Shown one piece after another: positions 8,461 to 15,752 of a DNA stretch of 24,000 bases. Origin of the DNA: Candidatus Sericytochromatia bacterium (lineage in GTDB: Bacteria; Cyanobacteriota; Sericytochromatia; S15B-MN24; UBA4093); the NCBI GenBank assembly GCA_036676985.1, contig JAKFBU010000076.1, forward strand, positions 15,185 to 39,184, written 5' to 3'. The notes below the pieces were generated by a model. That model saw nothing but the letters and a program-made list of their open reading frames with translations. It had not been told where the DNA came from and did no database searches. Position 1 is the stretch's first letter. Every line of letters begins with the position of its first letter. Position numbers and translations under genes: made by a program.

Positions 8461-8943
8461 ATGCCCGTTGTCGAAGACCGTCTCAAGACCCTAGGCATCA
8501 CGTTGCCCACGCCCGCTCCGGCGGCCGGAAACTATGCGCCCGTGCTGGATGTCGAGGGCTGGATCTACATCTCCGGCCAGTTGCCGATGGTGGACGGAAA
8601 GGTCGTGAGCACCGGCAAGGTCGGCGGCGACGTTTCGGTCGAGGATGCGTATCAGGCGGCCCGCACCTGCGCCATCAACGCCCTGGCCCTGCTCTACCAG
8701 GCGATGGGCGCCCACGAAGGCGCCCTGGACGACGTCCAGATCGTCCGGGTGGGCGGCTTCGTCGCGAGCGCTCCCGGCTTCACCCAGCAGCCCAAGGTCA
8801 TCAACGGGGCCTCGGACCTCTTCTGCGAGGTCCTGGGCGATCGCGGTCGCCATGCCCGCGCGGCGGTCGGCGTGGCCGAGCTGCCCCTGGGCGCCTCGGT
8901 CGAGGTGGAGGTCGTCGCTCGACGGCTTGGCAAGTATGCCTAG
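8461..8943 (+). CDS. RidA/YjgF/YER057c family protein
   Basis: YISGQLPMVDGKVVSTGKVGGDVSVEDAYQAARTCAINALA, RHARAAVGVAELPLGASVEVEVVA; SD AAGGAGG. Confidence 0.9.
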   Translation: MPVVEDRLKTLGITLPTPAPAAGNYAPVLDVEGWIYISGQLPMVDGKVVSTGKVGGDVSVEDAYQAARTCAINALALLYQAMGAHEGALDDVQIVRVGGFVASAPGFTQQPKVINGASDLFCEVLGDRGRHARAAVGVAELPLGASVEVEVVARRLGKYA

Positions 8944-9958
8944 CGTACTCTGTCTCGGGGAGGTCCTGTACGACTGGCACTGCCCCGAACAGGGGGCGAC
9001 CCTCGCGCGCGCCACGACCTTCGTCCGCACCCCCGGTGGGGCTCCCGCCAACGTGGCGGTCGGCCTGTCCAGGCTCGGCACTTCCACGGGGTTCCTGGGC
9101 CGCATCAGCACGGATCCCTGGGGGACCTCCCTGCTGGAGCTGCTCTCGTCCGAGCGGGTCGACGTCTCCCACGTGGTCCGGGACGATGGGGCTGGCACCC
9201 GCATGGCCTACGTGCTCCTCGACGAGCGCGGGGAGCGACACCTCGCGGCCTTCACGCACGGGGACTGCGCCGACGCGCGCCTGAATCACTCGGACGTACG
9301 GCCGGAGCAGTTCGACGACGTGTGCATCCTCTACGCGGGCTCCCTGATGCAGGTCCATCCCGAGTCGGCCATGGCCGTCGATCGGGCCATGGGGCTCGCG
9401 CAGGAGGAGGGGGCGATCGTCGTCTACGATCCCAACTACCGACCGGTGCTGTGGCCCACCCCGGAGGCCGCGCGCGAGGCCATCACCCATGCGGCCGAGC
9501 GGGCGGACATCCTCAAGGTCGGCGCCGAGGAGCTCGCCTTCCTGATGGGGGAGCCCGACCTCGAGCAGGCGGCGCGCATGGCCCAGGAGCGCTTCCTGCC
9601 GGCGCTCCTGGTCGTCACGGACGGGCCGCGGGGCTGCTTTTACGTGCGGGATGCGGACGAGGGCCATGTCCCGAGCATCGACGTCGTGGCGGTGGATCCG
9701 ACCGGAGCGGGGGACGCCTTCGTGGCCGGCCTGCTGTCGGGTCTGATCCCCGTCCTGCAGGAGGGCGACGGCCGGGAGGCGATCGCCACCATGGACGCCT
9801 CCGACCTGCGGCGCATCCTGAGCCGGGCCAACGCCCTCGGGGCGCTGGTGGCGACGCGCACCGGGGCCATGACGGCGCTGCCCACCGCCGAGGAGCTCGA
9901 GGCGTGGGTGCATGCCCAGCCGAAGGGGGCGCTCAAGGACAGCCTGGGCTGGAGCTAG
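8936..9958 (+). CDS. PfkB-family carbohydrate kinase (fructokinase-like)
   Basis: Start ATG 8936 overlaps the previous stop by 8 nt. MPSVLCLGEVLYDW, GGAPANVAVGLSRLGT, and PfkB signature VDPTGAGDAFVAGLLSG. The listed ORF start at 8645 is an over-extension. Confidence 0.93.
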   Translation: MPSVLCLGEVLYDWHCPEQGATLARATTFVRTPGGAPANVAVGLSRLGTSTGFLGRISTDPWGTSLLELLSSERVDVSHVVRDDGAGTRMAYVLLDERGERHLAAFTHGDCADARLNHSDVRPEQFDDVCILYAGSLMQVHPESAMAVDRAMGLAQEEGAIVVYDPNYRPVLWPTPEAAREAITHAAERADILKVGAEELAFLMGEPDLEQAARMAQERFLPALLVVTDGPRGCFYVRDADEGHVPSIDVVAVDPTGAGDAFVAGLLSGLIPVLQEGDGREAIATMDASDLRRILSRANALGALVATRTGAMTALPTAEELEAWVHAQPKGALKDSLGWS

Positions 9959-9965
9959 AGACAGT

Positions 9966-9998
9966 AAAATCGCCCCCTCCGCGGAGGGGGCGATTTTT
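9966..9998 (+). terminator. Strong, likely bidirectional Rho-independent terminator
   Basis: Perfect palindrome AAAATCGCCCCCTCC-GC-GGAGGGGGCGATTTT followed by more T. Confidence 0.93.
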
Positions 9999-10022
9999 TC
10001 TTCCGGAGTCCCGACGGATCTA

Positions 10023-10079
10023 CCCCCCCATTCCCCCCTGCTAGGGGGGAGGCTTTGTCAGGCCCCCCACGGGGGCCTG
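10023..10079. repeat. C-rich/G-rich hairpin sequence related to the 7340-7477 element
   Basis: CCCCCCCATTCCCCCCTGCTAGGGGGGAGGCTTTG resembles CCCCCCCTTCCCCCCCTGCTGCGCAAGGGGGGCACAAAG at 7340-7378. It is followed by hairpin CAGGCCCCC-CAC-GGGGGCCTG (10059-10079). Confidence 0.6.
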
Positions 10080-10090
10080 GAGGCCTCCGA

Positions 10091-10936
10091 TTAGAACATG
10101 TCGGTGGCGACGGGTAGGCGGACGAAGAAGTGGCTGCCGCGATCCGGCGTGCTGTCGACCGAGATGCTGCCGCCATGCAACTCGACCAGGCGCTTGACGA
10201 TCGAGAGCCCGAGGCCCGAACCACCCGTGCGCTTCACACGCTGGTCGCGGATCTGGTAGTAGCGGTCGAAGACCCGCTCCAGGTGCTCGGCCTCCATGCC
10301 GATGCCGTTGTCGTAGACCTCGAGCATCACGTGCTCGCCCGCGCGGCGCCCGTAGATCCCGACCTTGCCGCCCGACGGCGTGAACTTGCAGGCGTTGTCG
10401 AGCAGGTTGCAGAGCACCTGGCCCAGGCGATCGGCGTCCGCGTAGATCTCGGGCAGGGGCAGGTCCATCCGGACCTCGATGTGCTGGCCCTTGGCGTCGA
10501 ACAGGGGCTGCATGTGGCGGAGCGCCAGCTGCATGATGTCGGTAACCGAGACCATGTGGCGGTTGAGCGTGAACTCGTTGGCCTCCAGCTGGCTCCAGAC
10601 GAGGAGGTCCGAGACGATGCGGAGCATGCTCTCGCCGCCCTCGAGCATCTTGCGGACGCACTCGCGCTGACTCGGCGTCAGCGTGCCCAGCGTCTCCTCC
10701 TCGAGGATCGAGCCGAACCCGATGATGTACGACAGGGGGGTCCGGAGCTCATGGCTGACGTTCGCGATCAGGTTGACCTTGAGCTGGTCCTGCTCCTCGA
10801 GCATGCGCTTGTCTTGGGTCAGGGCCTCGTTCTTGGCGAACAAGCGCTGCATGAGCACATGGTACTGCGGGTCGTCCGGGGTGAGGCGCGTGCTAAGGGC
10901 CGGGGTGACCTCACCCATGGTGTGGATGTCTTCCAC
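10091..10936 (-). CDS. Sensor histidine kinase lacking an obvious sensor/membrane domain (HisKA + HATPase_c)
   Basis: Likely GTG start at 10936 preceded by GGAGGTCCTAC. NVSHELRTPLSYIIGFGSIL, QVLCNLLDNACKFTPSGG, VYDNGIGMEAEHLERVFDRYYQ, GGSGLGLSIVKRLVELHGG. The longer listed ORF (to 11320) is probably over-extended. Confidence 0.9.
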   Translation of the reverse strand: MEDIHTMGEVTPALSTRLTPDDPQYHVLMQRLFAKNEALTQDKRMLEEQDQLKVNLIANVSHELRTPLSYIIGFGSILEEETLGTLTPSQRECVRKMLEGGESMLRIVSDLLVWSQLEANEFTLNRHMVSVTDIMQLALRHMQPLFDAKGQHIEVRMDLPLPEIYADADRLGQVLCNLLDNACKFTPSGGKVGIYGRRAGEHVMLEVYDNGIGMEAEHLERVFDRYYQIRDQRVKRTGGSGLGLSIVKRLVELHGGSISVDSTPDRGSHFFVRLPVATDMF

Positions 10937-11125
10937 GTAGGACCTCCAGGTGCGCTGGCAGAACACGCGACGAAACCAGGTAAGTGTAGCGTGCGGCCGC
11001 CGTCCGGCGGCAAGGGAACAGGTTCGTCGGGCGCTCTGATGCGGGTAAAAAAGGGCGCGGCTGGCCGCAAAGCGGTAACCGAGCAGGCCTTCTTCAGTAT
11101 AGCCATGCGAGGTTGATCTAACAAG

Positions 11126-11187
11126 ATGTGGAGCTTTACGATTTGCAACGGAGTTTCGTTGCTGGTCGTGATCATTCTGCTCCACAT
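11126..11187. repeat. 9-bp inverted repeat flanking a 6-bp-stem hairpin in an intergenic region
   Basis: ATGTGGAGC (11126-11134) / GCTCCACAT (11179-11187). Between them GCAACG-GAGTTT-CGTTGC (11145-11162). Confidence 0.7.
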
Positions 11188-11288
11188 GCTCCAAGGAGTT
11201 TCGGAGACACGCGGGGCGTATGTTAGCATGCAGTGGAGCTTTCACCGGTTCGGAACCCCGCCGATCCACGTCCCAAGGAGTTTTGCGC

Positions 11289-12278
11289 ATGAGCGAGCGA
11301 TCGCTTCCTCTTTCCGCCACCGATCGTCAGGCCCTCGTCACCCGTCTCACGGCCCTGGGGTGGCGGATCGAGGAGCGGGCGGACTTCTCGGGCGTGCTCG
11401 CCACCGGCCAGACCCTCCGCTGCGTCGAGACGGTGGGCGACCACCTGGCGGAGAGCCTTCGGATCGATGCGGACGGTCGCCTCTACTACCGGGCCGGCTG
11501 GTTCGACGTGCTGCCCTTCGAGGCCATGCCGGACGTGACGGTCGATGCTCCGCGGCGTCCCGTCGGTGATGCGGCGCCCGCCGCCAAGCTCGCGCCCCAT
11601 CCCGACTGGCGGGTGCTGGTGGCGCCCGCGGGCGATCCCGCAGGCCGCTACCACCTGGTGGACGTCGAGACGGTGCTCGGGGACGCCACGGATCTCGGGG
11701 AGCTCGTGGGCCAGTTGCGCGCGCTCGCTGCCGCCTACAACCCCGCGCCCGGGACCGTTCCCGCCGAGCAAGCCTCCTACTACCTGATGGCGCCCCAGCT
11801 GGTGGCCATCTTCCAGGAGAGCGTCGAGGACCAGGTGGCGGGCTGGGGGACCTACGAGGTCGTATCGGCCGATCAGGGGCCTGCCATGTGGCGTGCGACC
11901 GTCGAGCAGGCCGACAGCCGGGGCGATCGCTACCGCTACGACGTCATCCGCACCGCGGAGGGTGTCGCCGCCGAGATCCTGGGCAAGCGGGATCTGCTAG
12001 TGCACGACTGGATCTGGCGCTTCCCGATCGCCGAGCGGGACTGGACCGAGGAGGTGGACGGCAACGTCGTGAGCCTCCAGGTCTACCACGTGGACGGGCC
12101 CGTGGACGTGGTGGCGGGTCGCTTCTACGGCTGCGTGCGGCTGTCGACCATGAACGAGAACGGCTCGAGCGTCCACACCTATCACCCGACGGCCGGGCTC
12201 ATCCTGAGCGAGTTCACGGACGTCGAGGGCACGCCCGGGCGCCGGGAGCTCTTCGATCTGGTGCGCCGCATCCCCTGA
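11289..12278 (+). CDS. Hypothetical protein (329 aa), no family recognised
   Basis: ATG 11289 after CCAAGGAGTTTTGCGC. Long ORF with GC-rich codon use consistent with neighbours. Confidence 0.75.
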   Translation: MSERSLPLSATDRQALVTRLTALGWRIEERADFSGVLATGQTLRCVETVGDHLAESLRIDADGRLYYRAGWFDVLPFEAMPDVTVDAPRRPVGDAAPAAKLAPHPDWRVLVAPAGDPAGRYHLVDVETVLGDATDLGELVGQLRALAAAYNPAPGTVPAEQASYYLMAPQLVAIFQESVEDQVAGWGTYEVVSADQGPAMWRATVEQADSRGDRYRYDVIRTAEGVAAEILGKRDLLVHDWIWRFPIAERDWTEEVDGNVVSLQVYHVDGPVDVVAGRFYGCVRLSTMNENGSSVHTYHPTAGLILSEFTDVEGTPGRRELFDLVRRIP

Positions 12279-12308
12279 GTCGACTGCTAGGCCCCGGTCG
12301 GGGTCTCC

Positions 12309-13865
12309 CTAATCAGCGCTGGACAAGCTCGCCTCGCACTGCGCGACGGCCTGCCGCATGGCGGCGGCCGCCGCTTCTTTGGCCTTGGCGCGCGCGGGAT
12401 CTCCGGGGTCCATGGCCAGATAGGCCCGGTGCAACGGGAGCACCGCTTCCATGTAACGCCTGCCGAGCTCTCCCTGCCGGGCCGCGGAGAGGAGCGGGAC
12501 GCGCAGGGCCCGGATCTCGTCGAACGAGAGGTTGGGCGTGGCCACCCCGTTGATGAGGCGCCGGATCTGACCCTGGCCGAAGCGTGAGGCCAAGAAGAGC
12601 CAGGCGAAGTACGGGTCGAGCCCCTCGAAGCGCAGGATGTCGACGAAGCACCCCACATTCGCCCGCAGGGGCTCCGTGAGCACGGCCATCCGCCCCTTGC
12701 CGAGCGACCCCACTCCGGAGCGGGCGAAGAGCAGGTCTCCGGGCCTGGGCCGGCTGCGCGCAGGGTCGAAGATCGAGCCTGCGGCTACACGCCGGGCGTT
12801 GGTCAGGTCGATGCCCGACACGCCCAGCTCGCCCTGGTTCAGGAGCCAGACGTCACCGGGATCGGCCTCCGGTCGCCGTCCGGTGACGACGGGTCCGTAG
12901 GTGATGAACGAAAGGAACTCCCCTAAAGGGCGGGTCTCCAGGCGATCGCCCAGCGCCAGGAGGGGGGCCGCATGCTCGGGACTCCAGTAGGACGGATCCC
13001 AGCGCTCGTCCTGGAGCCGGTCTGCGGGCACGAGGACGGCCGGCTCGCACGGCCGATCCATGAGGAAGGCCGCGGCCCGCTCGACCATGCCCTCCAAGTC
13101 GGCGGCCTGCCCCGCCCGGTCCATGAAGGTCGTGCCGGAACGGCCCTCCTTATGCAAGAGGAGCAGGACGGTGCGCGCGCTCGCCTTTTCCGTGCGGAAC
13201 ACGTTCGCCGGCAGGGAGAGGACGGCCCGGAGGGCGCAGCGCTCGGCGACCCAGTTTCGGACGTGCTGGAGCCTGCGGTTGGTGAGGAGGCCCTCGGGCA
13301 GTATCAGCGCGATCCAGCCGCCCGGCGCGCACAGCTGCACGCAGCGCTCCATGAACAGGCACTCGATGGGAAAGGTGGCGAGCTCGCGGAGGCGCTTGCG
13401 CCGCCCGTCCTGGCGGTAGATGGTGTAGGTCTCGAGGGCCGCGGCCAGCGCCCGGGATCCGGGACTATCGGGGTCGCGCAGCCCGTACAGCCCCTCGGAG
13501 CCGTAGGGCGGGTTGCCGATGACGACCTCGAAGTTCCGATCGAGCTCGGGATGGGGGCACAGGGCGTCCGCCGCGAGGAGGGTGAGGCCGGGATGGGCCG
13601 TGCTCAGGCGATCCCACGTCTCCTGGAGGGCGGGATCCACATCGACGCCCCACATGGCATCGGCGGACAGTCCGCGCCGGAGGCCTTCGGTCAGGAACAC
13701 GCCCTGTCCGACGGAGGGTTCGAGGATGGGGCCCGTGACCGCGGGTTGGCGCGATCGCCCTTCCGACTGGAAGAGCGCCACGAGCTCCCAGATCGCCCCG
13801 GCCAGGGCCGGGGGCGTGAAGAATTGCCCCAGTTGCTGCTTTTCGTGCCGGGTCTTCTGGATCAT
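12309..13865 (-). CDS. Solitary N6-adenine DNA methyltransferase fused to a HsdS-like target-recognition region
   Basis: QLGQFFTPPALAGAIWELV, ILEPSVGQGVFLTEGL (motif I), VVIGNPPYGSEGL (motif IV NPPY). C-terminal PRPGDLLFARSGVGSLGKGRMAV...FAWLFLASRFGQGQIRRLINGVATPNLSFDEIRALRVPLL is HsdS/TRD-like. Confidence 0.88.
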   Translation of the reverse strand: MIQKTRHEKQQLGQFFTPPALAGAIWELVALFQSEGRSRQPAVTGPILEPSVGQGVFLTEGLRRGLSADAMWGVDVDPALQETWDRLSTAHPGLTLLAADALCPHPELDRNFEVVIGNPPYGSEGLYGLRDPDSPGSRALAAALETYTIYRQDGRRKRLRELATFPIECLFMERCVQLCAPGGWIALILPEGLLTNRRLQHVRNWVAERCALRAVLSLPANVFRTEKASARTVLLLLHKEGRSGTTFMDRAGQAADLEGMVERAAAFLMDRPCEPAVLVPADRLQDERWDPSYWSPEHAAPLLALGDRLETRPLGEFLSFITYGPVVTGRRPEADPGDVWLLNQGELGVSGIDLTNARRVAAGSIFDPARSRPRPGDLLFARSGVGSLGKGRMAVLTEPLRANVGCFVDILRFEGLDPYFAWLFLASRFGQGQIRRLINGVATPNLSFDEIRALRVPLLSAARQGELGRRYMEAVLPLHRAYLAMDPGDPARAKAKEAAAAAMRQAVAQCEASLSSAD

Positions 13866-13910
13866 GCGCCCTCCCCGCCCATGCTAGCGGTGGGGGAGCG
13901 ATCGCTCAAG

Positions 13911-14231
13911 CTAGGACTTGGCGGCGGGCAGGACGGCGAGCGCCTGACGCAGCGAGTAGAGGCACTGCTCGTACTCCTTGAGGGTGGCCTCGGTGCCGGG
14001 CAGGCGGCGCAACTCGACCATGACATACTCGATCGCGCCGATGGACAAGGAGATGTGGCGATCCGTCAGGCCGACGTTCTTGAGCCGCTGCTCGAGCGTG
14101 CGCTCCACCTGTTGCTCGGTGGCCGGGGCCGCTCCGCGCGACTCGCGGTTGCCGCTCCAGCTCGAGCGGCGCATGTCACCCAACTCGAAGAGCGAGCGGA
14201 TCGAGCGTTCCGTGTTGTCCTTCTGGTCCAT
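13911..14231 (-). CDS. Small hypothetical protein (106 aa), probably helical
   Basis: ATG at 14231 preceded by GGGAGGAACGG. Sits 45 nt upstream of the methyltransferase start, same strand. Confidence 0.65.
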   Translation of the reverse strand: MDQKDNTERSIRSLFELGDMRRSSWSGNRESRGAAPATEQQVERTLEQRLKNVGLTDRHISLSIGAIEYVMVELRRLPGTEATLKEYEQCLYSLRQALAVLPAAKS

Positions 14232-14826
14232 CCGTTCCTCCCTCCGGGGCGCAAGGGACGCCCCGCTCCGGGATCAAGGATAGCAGCGGATCTCGAACCG
14301 GGTGGTGGTACGGATCACAGCGCCCGCTCGCGCGCCCGCTACCATAGGCAGGCGGCCGCTCCCGGACGTAGAAGTCGGCGCGCCATGGCGCGGCGAGGGC
14401 CGTTAGCACCGTTTCCTCGGCGGCCTCCTCGTCGCCTAGCTCTGCGAGCAGGTTCGCCTTGAGCCAGGCCCGGGTCATGGGCGGCAGCTCGACGCTCAGG
14501 GCCTCCAGCACCGAGAGCGCCTCGCGAGGGTGGTAGCGGCCCATCAGGGCGAGGCACCCTTCCACGATCTCCCAGTCGCCGCGTCGCTCGGCGCGGAAGA
14601 CGGCCTCGTCCCACTCGATCAAGGCGGTGTCCGTCTGGTCCGACGCGCTCAAGGCGAGCGCGAGGGCGACCCGCTCGAGCAGGAGGTGGGGCCGGGCGCG
14701 CAGGCGCTGACGGCACGCGGCCTCGACGAGGGACAGCCCCCCTTCCGACTCATGGGACCCGATCTGCTCCAGGATCGCCCTCAGACTCGCCGGAAGGGTG
14801 CTGGGTGAGGTATCCACGGTGTGCAT
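14176..14826 (-). CDS. Hypothetical protein with TPR/alpha-helical repeat-like composition
   Basis: ATG at 14826 preceded by AAGGAG (MHTVDTSPSTLPASLRAIL...). ALIEWDEAVFRAERRGDWEIVEGCLALMGRYHPREALSVLEAL looks like helical repeats. The last ~40 aa look non-coding-like. Confidence 0.55.
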   Translation of the reverse strand: MHTVDTSPSTLPASLRAILEQIGSHESEGGLSLVEAACRQRLRARPHLLLERVALALALSASDQTDTALIEWDEAVFRAERRGDWEIVEGCLALMGRYHPREALSVLEALSVELPPMTRAWLKANLLAELGDEEAAEETVLTALAAPWRADFYVRERPPAYGSGRASGRCDPYHHPVRDPLLSLIPERGVPCAPEGGTDGPEGQHGTLDPLALRVG

Positions 14827-14846
14827 GGCAACTCCTTGATTCAATA

Positions 14847-14866
14847 ATGATATATCGTTATTTTAT
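14847..14866. promoter_or_regulatory. Near-perfect AT-rich palindrome, operator-like, upstream of the 14176-14826 gene
   Basis: AATAATGATATATCGTTATT has one mismatched pair against its reverse complement AATAACGATATATCATTATT, in a GC-rich genome. Confidence 0.4.
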
Positions 14867-15034
14867 TAATCCTCCGTTAACCTGACAAGGGGGGGAGCGC
14901 CACGATCCGCGGGAGCGGCGGCCCAGGCCCCGATGACGTCACGGATGCGGCCAGGAAGACACCGCGCCGCGCGATGGGGTGCAAAGCGAGCCGGAAGGCG
15001 AGGATTAGCGGCGAAAGGGCGTGGAAAAATGCGA

Positions 15035-15040
15035 TATAAT
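15035..15040 (+). promoter_or_regulatory. Putative -10 box TATAAT upstream of folE
   Basis: GCGATATAATGTAGACG 56 nt before the GTG start; AT-rich for this genome. Confidence 0.5.
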
Positions 15041-15095
15041 GTAGACGCTGTTCCCCTCTTGCGGCTGTGTAACCCTGGAAGAAAGCGAGGCCACC

Positions 15096-15683
15096 GTGGC
15101 GATCGAAACCCGAATCCCGTTGAGTCAACAGGAGCGCGCGCGTCAGGCGCTGCGGACGCTCCTGGAGGCCATTGGGGAGGATCCCGATCGCGAAGGCCTC
15201 CGCGACACGCCCGATCGCGTCCTGCGGAGCTGGGAGGAGATCTTCGGCGGCTACACGCAGGATCCCGGGGAGATCCTGGCGACCACCTTCGAGGAGGTCG
15301 AGGGCTACCAGGAGTTCGTCCTGCTCAAGGACATCCCGTTCGACTCCACCTGCGAGCACCACATGCTCCCCTTCGACGGGATCGCGCACATCGCCTACCT
15401 GCCCAACGATCGCGTCGTGGGCCTCTCCAAGCTGGCCCGCCTGGTGGATTGCTTCGCCCGGCGCCTCCAGATCCAGGAGCGCATGACGCAGCACATCGCC
15501 CAGGCCCTGATGACCCACCTCAATGCCAAGGGTGTGGCCGTGATGGTCGAGGGGGTGCACGGCTGCATGACCTGCCGGGGCGTCCGCAAGGAAGGCTCCG
15601 CGATGGTGACGGTCGCCTTCGACGGGGAGTTCCAGCAGCCCGAGCGGCGCAACGAGTTCCTGTCGCTGACGACGCGTCGGTGA
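15096..15683 (+). CDS. folE: GTP cyclohydrolase I (FolE)
   Basis: GTG start. DTPDRVLRSWEEIFGGY, STCEHHMLPFDGIAHIAYLP, VVGLSKLARLVDCFARRLQIQERMT, VMVEGVHGCMTCRGV. Confidence 0.97.
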   Translation: MAIETRIPLSQQERARQALRTLLEAIGEDPDREGLRDTPDRVLRSWEEIFGGYTQDPGEILATTFEEVEGYQEFVLLKDIPFDSTCEHHMLPFDGIAHIAYLPNDRVVGLSKLARLVDCFARRLQIQERMTQHIAQALMTHLNAKGVAVMVEGVHGCMTCRGVRKEGSAMVTVAFDGEFQQPERRNEFLSLTTRR

Positions 15684-15752
15684 CGTAGCCCCCGCAGCGT
15701 GCCGGCCCGGTAACGGGTCGGCCGTTTCGTGAGGGGAGCTGGGAGGGACACC

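Noticed and set aside
12972-14462. 496-aa plus-strand ORF opposite the methyltransferase
   Set aside because: The minus strand has recognisable MTase motifs; this is an antisense shadow ORF.
14933-14940. TGACGTCA palindrome between genes
   Set aside because: A single 8-bp palindrome with no supporting copies; it can occur by chance.
15700-15724. Imperfect hairpin GCCGGCCCG-gtaa-CGGGTCGGC after folE
   Set aside because: One mismatch and only TTT after it; too weak to call as a terminator with confidence.
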